Sequence record: DRR723986_6702
DNA: 44,120 nt
Strand: one strand, 5' to 3'
In this document: piece after piece, positions 1 through 9,309 of the stretch
Layout: the number at the start of each line of letters is the position of its first letter
How positions within the stretch are numbered: the stretch's first letter is position 1
Position numbers and translations under genes: made by a program
Notes under the pieces: generated by a model
Databases searched by the model: none
What the model was told of the DNA's origin: nothing
What the model saw: the letters and a program-made list of their open reading frames with translations, nothing else

Positions 1-2760
1 AGACTCAGAACCTGTGATGGTCACTGGAGTGGAACTAGCTTCTTTTACAATGAAATTGGGAGTTTCAACTAAACATCCTCCAGCATTTCTTACAATTGCC
101 TGATAGGTTCCTGCAATTTCGATTTCTAAAGTTTTTCCGGTAGCTCCAGTAATCTCGGTTCCATTTTTTCTCCACTTCACTACCTCAAAAGCACCTTCAG
201 ACTTTAACGTTAGCGTTTGCTTTGTTCCCCCGCAAATGGATTCTGAACCGGTAATAGTAACCGGAGTAGTATTAGCCGCTTTAACAATGAATTCATCCGT
301 CTCAAAAAGACAAGCTCCAGCGTATCTGATAACAGCCTTGTAAGTACCAGCTCCTTCTATCTCCAAGGCTTTTCCAGTTGCACCTGAAATCTCTGTTCCA
401 TTCTTTCTCCATCTTACAACTTCAAATGGAGCTTCCGAATTCAAAGTCAGTGTTTGCTTTGTGCCACCACAAATGGATTCAGAACCTGTGATGGTTACTG
501 GACTAGAAGTAAAACTCCTTACTAATACAGTGGTATTTTTTTCTGTGACGTTTCCAGAGAAATCGACAGCTCGTAGCTCAACCGTAAGCTCTTTTCCTAC
601 ATCCTCACAGGTGACTTTGGTTTTGCTGATAGTCACCTCTTTTACAGCACAATTATCAGATATTGATTGAATAAAATCCTCTGGATTCAATTCGAGTTGA
701 CCAATTGTTAAATCAAGTTCAACTTCCAGATTGTTTGTTTGCACCTCAGGCGCTGATTTATCCTGAACAACCACTTCAATTTTATCCTCCCAAGTATTCC
801 CCTTATCGTCCTTGATTATTACCGTTACTTCTTGAGCGCCTAGGTTTTCGCATGAAAAATCTGACTTACTCAGTGTTACGGTGTAAATCGAACTTACAGG
901 CCAATTCGTGAAAACCTGCTCTGGTTTTAAGGTAGCCTTCCCTTCAGCGTTAAGCACCAGCTCTACCCTATCTTTTACAACAGGCTTAGCTTCAGTTTTC
1001 CTCAAAGGTATTTTCAGACTTACCTCGTCTTTATAAACCCGACGTTCTACCTTCTGCAGATTGTAGTTTTGATCTAATACTGGAAAAATATATACGGGTG
1101 TAAAATTGACTATAGCAAACTCCTGATCTCCCTCTACCTTTTTCTCCAAATTCACTTCTAAATGCCCGTAATGCTTTCCGCCATCAACTAAAACGGGATT
1201 AGCGCCCGAGGTATTCCATACCTCAACAGAACTCTGGTCTGCGGACCATTTTCGATAAGGATTGTAATCGAGCGTGTTAAAGGGATTACCTAACCAATCT
1301 CTCTTTTCCCCTCTCAATCCATCCCCGGCAACGCCTACATCGTAATACATAATGCCTTTGCCGTCACTATCTTCATCTACAAAGCTTCTTTCAAACAATT
1401 CATCATGTCCTGAAAAAACAGCAACTACACCATATTTTTCCAACATAGGATTCAAGATGCGCATCGGTGTTCCAACTTGGCCAATAGAAAGCTCATGATT
1501 CAACGGCACACCATGCTCGCCTGATGAAAAAGCAATGTGGTGATATTGTACAAAGATTAACTGACCATTTTCGCTGGCATCTTTCAGATTTTCTTCCAGC
1601 CAAATATATTGGTCAGATCCTGGCCCAAAACTGCTCAGATCTTTTCCTCCTGCAGCATTGTATTGTGCCAGCGTATAGTTTTCCTGAGTATCAGTGCCAG
1701 GCTCAGTGTATTGTTTTCCCGTAAGCTTAGGCTGCCCGTCAAAATCTGCGGCAGTTTGATCAGGTGTACCGTTGCTGGAATCCAGAGTCAAAATAGTTAC
1801 TGGCCCATAATCCACACGATAGTAGCTTTTTTTATGCTTTTGAAGCGGATCTTCAATTGGGGTTTCGAAATAGGTATGAAAACGGTTCCTGCCTACGACC
1901 GGAAGAAATTCACCCCTCTCATTGGTTCCGTACCCTCCGCTGATTGCTCCATAAGACTCCCAATTGCCAAGTGCAGGTATGATCGCATAGCTAGACAGGC
2001 CCTTCCCCATACTCCCTGCATTCTGTCTAAAAAATTCGTCCCAGCCAGGCTGATATCCAGCCCCTTGAACCAAATCACCCGGCATTAGGATAAAGTTCGG
2101 GTTTCGGGAATTTATGACTTTCAGGTTTTCATTATAGCCAACTTGCTCTGTCAACATGTAATTTGGAATCTCTATCCCTTGCTCAATGGTACTTCCAAAC
2201 TTTTGCTTCCAAAGTTCTGGGACAGTAGTTATGGGTCGGAATAGTGGATTTCCTGGATACCAAGCTCTGTTGGTTACTCTTCCTCTGGGTTCAGTCTCAG
2301 AATCCGCCAATGCCATAAATCTAATTTTCTCCCAATTAGACTTGGAAGCTGGCATGGTAAAAGCACCGTCATAGGCTACTCCTCCAAAAGTAACCAAATA
2401 GTTTACCGATGTTCCTGCAGGTAGGTCTATTGGTATCCTGTAGCGAAAGACCTCGTCACTTTCTATCCAACTCCCCTGCTCCAAACCTGTAAGTACTTGA
2501 CTTTTCTCCTGGGACGTATAGTAAATATTAGGGACAGGTTCGCCAGTGACTTCACCTTCATACAGAACGTTTCCTGAATCCCCAACAAGCTTAATAAAAC
2601 TGGAAGTCAATGAATTACCAAACCAAGTTAGCTGCATCTTTCCCTCTCCATAAACTTGCAAATAGGGGTAGATTCTATAAGGGTTTACTTCACTGACTTT
2701 CAGAGACATAAAAGTCAAGCAAATCAACAATCCAAAACTAAATAGCAGATGCTTTTTCAT
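1..2760 (-). CDS. Secreted metallophosphoesterase (purple-acid-phosphatase-like) with C-terminal Ig-like repeats; 3' end lies outside the window
   Basis: Absent from the ORF track because the stop is outside the window. ATG at 2760 gives MKKHLLFSFGLLICLTFMSL (signal peptide), and my manual translation stays open to position 1. Calcineurin-like motifs appear in order: FMALADSE, MPGDLVQG, ALGNWE, YHHIAFS, FSGHDE. Beta-rich Cys-containing domains and 79-aa repeats follow. Confidence 0.85.
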   Translation of the reverse strand, partial: MKKHLLFSFGLLICLTFMSLKVSEVNPYRIYPYLQVYGEGKMQLTWFGNSLTSSFIKLVGDSGNVLYEGEVTGEPVPNIYYTSQEKSQVLTGLEQGSWIESDEVFRYRIPIDLPAGTSVNYLVTFGGVAYDGAFTMPASKSNWEKIRFMALADSETEPRGRVTNRAWYPGNPLFRPITTVPELWKQKFGSTIEQGIEIPNYMLTEQVGYNENLKVINSRNPNFILMPGDLVQGAGYQPGWDEFFRQNAGSMGKGLSSYAIIPALGNWESYGAISGGYGTNERGEFLPVVGRNRFHTYFETPIEDPLQKHKKSYYRVDYGPVTILTLDSSNGTPDQTAADFDGQPKLTGKQYTEPGTDTQENYTLAQYNAAGGKDLSSFGPGSDQYIWLEENLKDASENGQLIFVQYHHIAFSSGEHGVPLNHELSIGQVGTPMRILNPMLEKYGVVAVFSGHDELFERSFVDEDSDGKGIMYYDVGVAGDGLRGEKRDWLGNPFNTLDYNPYRKWSADQSSVEVWNTSGANPVLVDGGKHYGHLEVNLEKKVEGDQEFAIVNFTPVYIFPVLDQNYNLQKVERRVYKDEVSLKIPLRKTEAKPVVKDRVELVLNAEGKATLKPEQVFTNWPVSSIYTVTLSKSDFSCENLGAQEVTVIIKDDKGNTWEDKIEVVVQDKSAPEVQTNNLEVELDLTIGQLELNPEDFIQSISDNCAVKEVTISKTKVTCEDVGKELTVELRAVDFSGNVTEKNTTVLVRSFTSSPVTITGSESICGGTKQTLTLNSEAPFEVVRWRKNGTEISGATGKALEIEGAGTYKAVIRYAGACLFETDEFIVKAANTTPVTITGSESICGGTKQTLTLKSEGAFEVVKWRKNGTEITGATGKTLEIEIAGTYQAIVRNAGGCLVETPNFIVKEASSTPVTITGSES
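2..510 (-). repeat. Intragenic tandem repeat, 237-bp (79-aa) period, two full copies plus the start of a third
   Basis: GAyTCwGAACC anchors at 2, 239 and 476. Unit: PVTITGSESICGGTKQTLTL.SE..FEVV.WRKNGTEI.GATGK.LEIE.AGTY.A..R.AG.CL.ET..FIVK, an Ig-like pattern (W..NG..I.GAT, G.Y). Confidence 0.9.
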
Positions 2761-2881
2761 GGTTAAACAATAAAAGTAAACTAAACAAAGCTAAACGATA
2801 ATTGCTTGCAATACAGGAAGTAGCACAAAATATCGCTCAGTTTGATCTATTTGAAAGAATCTAACCGCCTGAAATGTAAGG

Positions 2882-3976
2882 CTATTCCACCCTGCTTTTT
2901 AATAGAAATAACTGAACAGGATTCAAGGGATCATTACTAAAGATGTAAATATTCCGCTGATCTATTCCTTGTCTTCCTTTTGGGTCAAAAGTCACCTTGA
3001 GATATATTGATTCTCCTGGATCCAGAGTAGTCTTCGGAATCTCAAGCTTCAGACAAGTACAATTGCCTTGAATCTTCTTTATTTCCAAAGGCTCTCTTCC
3101 CTTATTGGTCAATAGAACTTCTTTTTCCTGAATTGCAGAATTTTTAATTGTCTTCAAATCGATTTCCTTAGGATCAATTACCAGTTGAGGAACTTGCTTC
3201 AAATCATCCTTAGAAAAAGGGGCATAATATTCGAAAATATCCGCCAATACACTCAAAGCAATAAATCCAGTAGAATCCTGCCAAGTAAGTGAAACCTGAT
3301 CTTCGAAATAGCCCAAATCATTTTTCATCGCTCCATTATAAGCCACCTGAAGTAACCCGCGATCATTCGGCATAATGGAGTCTGTAAGTTGCTTTACTTG
3401 TATATATTCAGGTCCGACATAGGACAGACTATCCTTGTAGAATGGAGTCTTACCAAAATTAAAGACCTCCACTTGCTTCAGTTTTGGCACATTGGTAAAG
3501 ACTTCACCGACATTGATTTTCTCCAATCGAAAGCCAAGATCACCTTTTCTTGTCCTATATGTCCCCACAGGATCACTAGCTCTTGGGATCGCATTGCCCT
3601 CAATGTAAAGCGTATCCTGCACATCTTGAAGATTCCCTTTTACTACAATCATTCTAGAAAAAAATCCAGCGCCTGAGGAAGGATCAAAAGAAACCTTTAA
3701 AATCCCAGTTTCCCCTACGACCAGGGTATCTTTAGTGTATTCTACAGTGGTGCAACCACAATCAGTCACTACGGTCTCAATGTAAAAAAGAGAATCCTGG
3801 GTATGGGTAAATTCGAATTCTGCGACCTGTGGCCCTTGCTCTTCCAAGATTGTACCCAAATCCACCTTATTGACAGCCCAGATCAATTTGGGAGTTATAG
3901 TTTCTTGAGCCTGTGTGAGTTGGGAGAAAAAACACAGAAATAAGAGGGTATAAAGGGACTTTTCTAATCTAATCAT
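2882..3976 (-). CDS. DUF1573 domain-containing protein (tandem Ig-like domains)
   Basis: Signal peptide. Two clear DUF1573-type units (VVTDCGCTTVEY..TLVVGETGILKVSFDP; IQGNCTCLKLEI.KTTLDPGESIYLKVTFDP) and a degenerate middle unit. Confidence 0.85.
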   Translation of the reverse strand: MIRLEKSLYTLLFLCFFSQLTQAQETITPKLIWAVNKVDLGTILEEQGPQVAEFEFTHTQDSLFYIETVVTDCGCTTVEYTKDTLVVGETGILKVSFDPSSGAGFFSRMIVVKGNLQDVQDTLYIEGNAIPRASDPVGTYRTRKGDLGFRLEKINVGEVFTNVPKLKQVEVFNFGKTPFYKDSLSYVGPEYIQVKQLTDSIMPNDRGLLQVAYNGAMKNDLGYFEDQVSLTWQDSTGFIALSVLADIFEYYAPFSKDDLKQVPQLVIDPKEIDLKTIKNSAIQEKEVLLTNKGREPLEIKKIQGNCTCLKLEIPKTTLDPGESIYLKVTFDPKGRQGIDQRNIYIFSNDPLNPVQLFLLKSRVE

Positions 3977-4046
3977 ACCCGCAATTAACGCATAATTTCA
4001 AACGTATTCAGGACTGTTTTACTTAATTTGCAGCAAAATCAGACCA

Positions 4047-5021
4047 ATGGCAAGAGTATTAACAGGCATTCAAAGCAGCGGAAGACCACACTTAGGAAAT
4101 ATCCTAGGCGCGATTGTCCCTGCAATTGAATTGATTAAACAGAACAAGGAGGAGTCGTACATATTTATTGCAGACTTGCATTCCCTTACCACTTCAAAGG
4201 ATGGCGAAGTTCGCAAGCAAAACACGCTTGCAGTCGCTGCAGCTTGGCTTGCCTTCGGCTTGGATATAGAAAACACGACTTTTTATCGACAGTCTAGAAG
4301 ACCTGAGGTAGCGGAACTGACTTGGTACCTGAACTGCTTCACTCCTTTCCCAATGCTTGCAAATGCGCATAGCTTCAAGGATAAGGCTGAGCGACTTTCT
4401 GATGTGAATGCGGGACTATTCACCTACCCGGTTTTGATGGCAGCTGATATTTTACTGTATTCAGCGGATTTGGTTCCTGTAGGAAAAGATCAGATGCAAC
4501 ACCTAGAAATGACCCGTGATATTGCTTCTACGTTCAATAGAATCGTGGGTGAGGATATTCTGACTATTCCAGAGGCAAGAATCGATGAAGTGGTAAAAAC
4601 CATTCCAGGCACTGACGGCCAGAAGATGAGTAAGTCTTACAATAACTTTATTGATATTTTCCTGCCGGAAAAAGCACTGAAGAAAAATGTAAACAGTATC
4701 GTGACCGACAGCAAAGAATTGGAAGAACCAAAAGATCCTGATACTGATAATGTCTTTAAGTTATATAGTTTGATCGCTTCAGAAGAGCAAACAAAGCAGA
4801 TGCGAGCGAACTACAAAGGCGGGAATTATGGCTACGGTCATGCGAAAAAAGAATTGTTACAGCTTATCCTTGATAAATATAAAAAAGAGCGGGAGCTATT
4901 TGATTTCTACATGAATCATCCCGAAGAAATCGAAATAAGATTGGCAGCAGGGGAAGAAAAGGCCAAGGCCGTTGGCGCAGAATTGTTGGATAAAGTGAGA
5001 GTGAAGCTGGGGTTTAAGTAA
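4047..5021 (+). CDS. trpS: Tryptophan--tRNA ligase
   Basis: TGIQSSGRPHLGN (HIGH-type), YPVLMAADIL, VPVGKDQ, KMSKS. Confidence 0.98.
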   Translation: MARVLTGIQSSGRPHLGNILGAIVPAIELIKQNKEESYIFIADLHSLTTSKDGEVRKQNTLAVAAAWLAFGLDIENTTFYRQSRRPEVAELTWYLNCFTPFPMLANAHSFKDKAERLSDVNAGLFTYPVLMAADILLYSADLVPVGKDQMQHLEMTRDIASTFNRIVGEDILTIPEARIDEVVKTIPGTDGQKMSKSYNNFIDIFLPEKALKKNVNSIVTDSKELEEPKDPDTDNVFKLYSLIASEEQTKQMRANYKGGNYGYGHAKKELLQLILDKYKKERELFDFYMNHPEEIEIRLAAGEEKAKAVGAELLDKVRVKLGFK

Positions 5022-5096
5022 GTTTTAGCGGAGACACGGCGGCGAGGCTATTTGCTTATCACGCAAAAGCACGAAGTTTCTGTAAACCTTTAGTTT

Positions 5097-5139
5097 GTTA
5101 TCCTGAGCGAAGTATCATCAAGAGAGAAGCCGAAGGATC
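5097..5139. repeat. REP-like element (GTTATCCTGAGCGAAG...CGAAGGATC)
   Basis: Resembles the GTCATCCTGAGC..GAAGGATC class of short extragenic palindromes; recognised by pattern only. Confidence 0.5.
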
Positions 5140-5167
5140 ATCGAAGATTTATTATCTTAATACATAC

Positions 5168-5204
5168 AAATGGCTCCTACAATCTCTGAGGGAGCCATTT
5201 TTTT
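5168..5204 (+). terminator. Intrinsic terminator downstream of trpS
   Basis: AAATGGCTCC-N13-GGAGCCATTT followed by a T tract. Confidence 0.75.
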
Positions 5205-5205
5205 A

Positions 5206-5428
5206 TACTACCGATCGTGCCTTTGGCACTCGTCAAGTAATCACTATTCTTACTTAACCCAGAATTTCATTCTGGGCTTTTACTGGCCTTGCCTTTGGCA
5301 AGGAGCATTAGAACTCAATTGAAAAGTTGTGCCAACGACACATCTAGTAAAATCCCAGAATGCAGCGCAGCGAAACTCAAGGTTTAAACCAAATCAGACT
5401 ATTTAGAGTGCCAACGGCACGATCAGTA
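5206..5428. repeat. ~220-bp imperfect palindrome built from nested REP-like units (REPIN/MITE-like)
   Basis: Left end TACTACCGATCGTGCCTTTGGCACTC is nearly the reverse complement of right end GAGTGCCAACGGCACGATCAGTA. Inner pair: CATTCTGGGCTTTTACTGG..TGCCTTTGGCA versus TGCCAACGACA..CTAGTAAAATCCCAGAATG. Confidence 0.75.
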
Positions 5429-5460
5429 TTCCTTACGATTCAAAAACATCCTACAATAAA

Positions 5461-5545
5461 AACCTTCGCGAAGGTTCTTTAGGCCTTTTATGATTTGGCA
5501 GATTAAATGAAAGAAACCTTCGAGGTCTTAAATACCTCAAAGGTT
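5461..5545. repeat. Pair of AACCTTCG...AAGGTT palindromes (REP-like)
   Basis: AACCTTCGCGAAGGTT (5461-5476, perfect palindrome) and AACCTTCGAGGTCTTAAATACCTCAAAGGTT (5515-5545). Confidence 0.7.
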
Positions 5546-5552
5546 AGTGCGT

Positions 5553-6806
5553 CTACACAAACTCCTTAAAGATCACCGAAGCATTATGTCCACCGAAGCC
5601 AAAGGTGTTACTCAAGGCAACAGACACTTTTTTCTTGATAGCAGCCTTGGTAACAATCTGAATTCCCTGAGGAATGGCAGGATCCAATGTTTCCGTATTG
5701 ATCGTTGGAGGAACAACTCCCTCATTGATTGCTTTGACACAAAAGATCGCTTCTATAGCCCCTGCCGCTCCAAGCAAGTGACCTGTCATGGACTTAGTAG
5801 CAGAGATATGTAAGTTATCATACTTCCCATCAAGCAGCGCAGATATTGCTTTGATTTCGCTTAAATCTCCTGTAGGGGTAGAAGTCGCATGCGCGTTCAG
5901 GTAATCGACATCCTGCATGGTCAAGCCTGCCTCTTCCAAAGCAAATTTCATGCATTGCAGTGCGCCAGCTCCTTCGGGATGCGTGGCTGTTAAATGGTAC
6001 GCATCAGCGGTCATTGCCGCTCCGACTACCTCTCCGTAGATTTTGGCACCACGATTTTTAGCATGCTCATATTCTTCAAGAATCAAAGCTGCAGCTCCCT
6101 CTCCCATCACAAATCCATCTCTGTCCACATCAAAAGGTCTAGAAGCAGCGGAGGGATCATCGTTGCGTGTAGAAAGCGCTTTCAACGCATTAAAACCTCC
6201 CATTGAGGCTTCTGTGATTGGCGCATCTGACCCACCGGTAATCATCACTTTAGCTTTTCCCCATTTGATATAGTTGAAAGCATCCATGATCGCACTATTC
6301 GATGAAGCACAGGCTGTCACTGCAGTGTAATTGATTCCCATCAGGCCATACTTCATGGAGATCACTCCCGAAGCCATATTCACTAGGAATTTTGGATGGA
6401 AAAATGGATTGAAACGAGGTGAGCGATCATTTGCTATAAACTCGTTCAGCTCCTTTTCAAGTGTGTTCATACCACCTTGGCTCGAACCCCAGATCACTCC
6501 TGCATCAAATGGTGAGTTCAATGTGGAAACATCCAATCCAGAATCTTCCATGGCCTCAGCGGCAACATATAAAGCGTATTGGGTAAAAAGATCAGACCGT
6601 TTAATGTCACTGCGATCAAGCCTGAGCGTAGGATCAAAATCCTTTAATTCACTAGCAAATCTGGTTTTGAACTTCTCCGGATTAAAATAAGTGATTTGAC
6701 CTGCCCCGCTTTTTCCTTCTGTGGCATTCTGCCAATTGGACTTTACATCGTTACCAAGAGCAGACAACGCTCCTAAACCTGTGATTACTACTCTCTTTGA
6801 ATTCAT
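5553..6806 (-). CDS. fabF: Beta-ketoacyl-ACP synthase II
   Basis: KRVVITGLG N-terminus; Cys-His-His triad in TACASS, NAHATST and TGHLLGAAG; SNTFGFGGHN. Confidence 0.95.
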   Translation of the reverse strand: MNSKRVVITGLGALSALGNDVKSNWQNATEGKSGAGQITYFNPEKFKTRFASELKDFDPTLRLDRSDIKRSDLFTQYALYVAAEAMEDSGLDVSTLNSPFDAGVIWGSSQGGMNTLEKELNEFIANDRSPRFNPFFHPKFLVNMASGVISMKYGLMGINYTAVTACASSNSAIMDAFNYIKWGKAKVMITGGSDAPITEASMGGFNALKALSTRNDDPSAASRPFDVDRDGFVMGEGAAALILEEYEHAKNRGAKIYGEVVGAAMTADAYHLTATHPEGAGALQCMKFALEEAGLTMQDVDYLNAHATSTPTGDLSEIKAISALLDGKYDNLHISATKSMTGHLLGAAGAIEAIFCVKAINEGVVPPTINTETLDPAIPQGIQIVTKAAIKKKVSVALSNTFGFGGHNASVIFKEFV

Positions 6807-6944
6807 CTTTTACTATATCTGAAAAAACTCCTTTTTGAATGAAAAAACCCGGCTATTGACCAGGTTCTTTACTTTATTCCTATTTTTTATCTAGACTCGT
6901 GTTTCTAAAATCTAACATTTTGATCCTTATGTCTTGATACTAAT

Positions 6945-7367
6945 CTATCTGCTTCTCCAAAGGTCCTTTAACTGTCTTCCATTAATCAGCATCACAAAGC
7001 GCGCTGGGTTAGGAATCAAAACGATTCGAACATCCTGCTTATCAAACTGCTCAGACTCAATCGGTACTCCCTGCTGACCTGAAACTTCATAGCTAATAAT
7101 GCCATTTGCATCAGGAAGAAGCGGCTTGTAAACATTTGCTATGTAAGCTGTTGGCAAAAGAATATCTGTATCAGACTTCAGCTTATCCTGAATTTTCTCA
7201 ATTTCAGTTTCAAGTCTGTCCTCATAGTTTTCGTTGAAATCATCTTCCAAGTCATGAAGCGCTTCTTCAAGATCGTCATAACTCTCATCGCTATAATCCA
7301 TAGCGGCTAATTGATTTCTTTTTTCGACTATTTCGGTAAGCTCTTTATCCAGCGTATCCCAATTCAT
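6945..7367 (-). CDS. Hypothetical acidic cytoplasmic protein (likely start ATG 7367)
   Basis: Protein-like ORF with an acidic helical N-half (YDDLEEALHDLEDDFNENY). ATG 7367 preferred over TTG 7397. Confidence 0.75.
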   Translation of the reverse strand: MNWDTLDKELTEIVEKRNQLAAMDYSDESYDDLEEALHDLEDDFNENYEDRLETEIEKIQDKLKSDTDILLPTAYIANVYKPLLPDANGIISYEVSGQQGVPIESEQFDKQDVRIVLIPNPARFVMLINGRQLKDLWRSR

Positions 7368-7440
7368 TCCGTTCTGTTTTTTTGATTTGAAGTGCAAAGA
7401 TGGGAAATCCCTTTTTTTATGAAGAACTATTTCAAAGAAA

Positions 7441-8421
7441 TTAACTTACCAAAAGGATTTTTCCATTTCTGCCAGGCTTATTGTAAGCCTCAATAGCAGC
7501 CTTTACTTCTGTAAGAGGAAATGACGCTTCTACCTCAACTTTGGAATTTTCATCCATCAGAAAAGCCTGGGTTTCTTTATAAAGTTTAGCCCTATCTTCA
7601 TTGCTGATTCTTTTCAAAATGCTACTCAACCAAAATCCTTCAATTGAAACTTCCTTGAAAATCATCAAGCCAGTGTTTAACGGCATTGGTTCACCACTTA
7701 ATACACCGAATGAATACATCTTCCCAAATTGCTTTATACAAGTCAGGGCTTTGGCAGCTAATTCTCCCCCTACTGCATCAAATACCGCAGAAACACCTTG
7801 ACCAGTAACCTCACTGATTACCTTTTTCAAATCTTCTTTCTCGGTGTTTACCACCAGATCTGCCCCAAGATCAGACAGATACTTTTTCTGCTCATCATGA
7901 CGAACAGTACAAGCGACTTTGATTCCTTTACTTTTAGCGACTTGAATTGCGAACTTTCCAAATGCTGATGCTCCTGCTGTAAGTAGCAGCCATTCTCCTT
8001 CTTGCAATTCAGATTTATTCACCATCGCTACTGCAGTCACAGGGTTGACAAAGGCTTGACATGCTATTTCAAAAGACATTCCTTCAGGCATAGGAATCAC
8101 CTGCTTGGCGGGCAGGGTAATATATTCTCTCCAAGTGCCGGTATTCGTACCTTGCGCAGTGAACATTACTCGGGTTCCAACAGGGAATTTTCCCTCCTCG
8201 TCAGATTTGCTAACAATTCCAGCTGCTTCAAAACCTGCACTACTAGGTAAATTAGGCTGAATTCCATATTTCCCCTGAATAAACATCAGATCCGAAGGGT
8301 TGATATTTCTTGCTTTTACCTGGATCTGAACCTCATGTGGCTGTGGCTCAGGAGCAGGCGATTCTTTGACCTGTAAAACATCCTCAGGCATTCCTGTCTT
8401 TTCAAAAATCACTTCTATCAT
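7441..8421 (-). CDS. Zinc-independent MDR-family oxidoreductase (enoyl-thioester reductase/quinone oxidoreductase-like)
   Basis: INPSDL..IQGKYG..P.LP...GFEAAG, VNPVTA, AVFDAVGG, C-terminal GKILL; no Zn-binding Cys cluster. Confidence 0.88.
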   Translation of the reverse strand: MIEVIFEKTGMPEDVLQVKESPAPEPQPHEVQIQVKARNINPSDLMFIQGKYGIQPNLPSSAGFEAAGIVSKSDEEGKFPVGTRVMFTAQGTNTGTWREYITLPAKQVIPMPEGMSFEIACQAFVNPVTAVAMVNKSELQEGEWLLLTAGASAFGKFAIQVAKSKGIKVACTVRHDEQKKYLSDLGADLVVNTEKEDLKKVISEVTGQGVSAVFDAVGGELAAKALTCIKQFGKMYSFGVLSGEPMPLNTGLMIFKEVSIEGFWLSSILKRISNEDRAKLYKETQAFLMDENSKVEVEASFPLTEVKAAIEAYNKPGRNGKILLVS

Positions 8422-8533
8422 AGCTTCTTAAATTTCAAATTGGCTGTTACTAGTAATTTAACTAAGAATATTATCCATTCGTTCAGGCATCCACTATATC
8501 TTTTCTATCTTGAAAGTAGATAAAAAGCTACGT

Positions 8534-9301
8534 ATGGATCTTTCATCATTATTCTCACTTGACGGAAAAGTCGCTCTGATTACAGGAGCAAGTAAAGGAA
8601 TTGGATTCGGTATTGCAGAGATATTTGCTGCGGCAGGCGCTAAAGTCGTCCTGTGTAGCAGAAAACAGGATGCTGTGGATCATATGGCTACCAAACTGCG
8701 AGCAAAAGGATATGAAGCTGTAGGCATAGCCTGTAACGTGGGAAATATGGATGAACTCCCAAACCTGGTGGGCAAAACCATAGAATCGTGCGGACAACTC
8801 GATATACTGGTCAATAATGCAGCAACAAGTCCCGTTTTCGGGCCAGTACATGAAACGAGCTCCACAGCTTTTGACAAAATTATGAATGTAAACCTGAAAG
8901 CTCCTTTTGAACTTTCAAAATTATGCTGGCCCTATTTGCGAGCTTCTTCAAATGCCTCAATAATCAATATCAGTTCTATAGGCGGTATTTCCCCTGAACA
9001 TGGATTGGGTATATATAGCGTAAGTAAAGCTGCCTTGATTTCCTTGACCAAGGTATTAGCCAAGGAATGGGGAGAAGCTAAAATTCGGGTAAATGTGATT
9101 TGCCCAGGTCTAATCGAAACTAAATTCTCAGAACCCCTTTGGTCCAATGAAAAAATCATGAAAATGGTCATGAATAAACTCGCCATCAAGCGCGTGGGTT
9201 CGGCCCAAGAAATTGGAGCTATGGCGCTATTCTTAGCTTCACCCGCATCCGCTTATACTACGGGCTCTGTGTTCACAGCAGACGGAGGTTTCACTATTTA
9301 A
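8534..9301 (+). CDS. Short-chain dehydrogenase/reductase (DHRS4-like)
   Basis: TGASKGIG, LVNNAA, YSVSK catalytic motif, ICPGLIET, DGG; ATG 8534 preferred. Confidence 0.92.
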   Translation: MDLSSLFSLDGKVALITGASKGIGFGIAEIFAAAGAKVVLCSRKQDAVDHMATKLRAKGYEAVGIACNVGNMDELPNLVGKTIESCGQLDILVNNAATSPVFGPVHETSSTAFDKIMNVNLKAPFELSKLCWPYLRASSNASIINISSIGGISPEHGLGIYSVSKAALISLTKVLAKEWGEAKIRVNVICPGLIETKFSEPLWSNEKIMKMVMNKLAIKRVGSAQEIGAMALFLASPASAYTTGSVFTADGGFTI

Positions 9302-9309
9302 CTACAAGA

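Noticed and set aside
461-2374. Short ORFs at 461-670, 1524-1724, 1609-2088, 1893-2078 and 2186-2374
   Set aside because: They are shadows of the long minus-strand phosphoesterase gene (2760 to <1), which has clear motifs.
5022-5552. Possible CRISPR array or tRNA in the trpS-fabF gap
   Set aside because: The repeats are inverted and heterogeneous with no regular repeat-spacer period, there are no cas genes, and no cloverleaf is evident.
6843-6871. Hairpin AAAAAACCCGG..CCAGGTTCTTT as a terminator upstream of fabF
   Set aside because: The stem has several mismatches; plausible but too weak to call.
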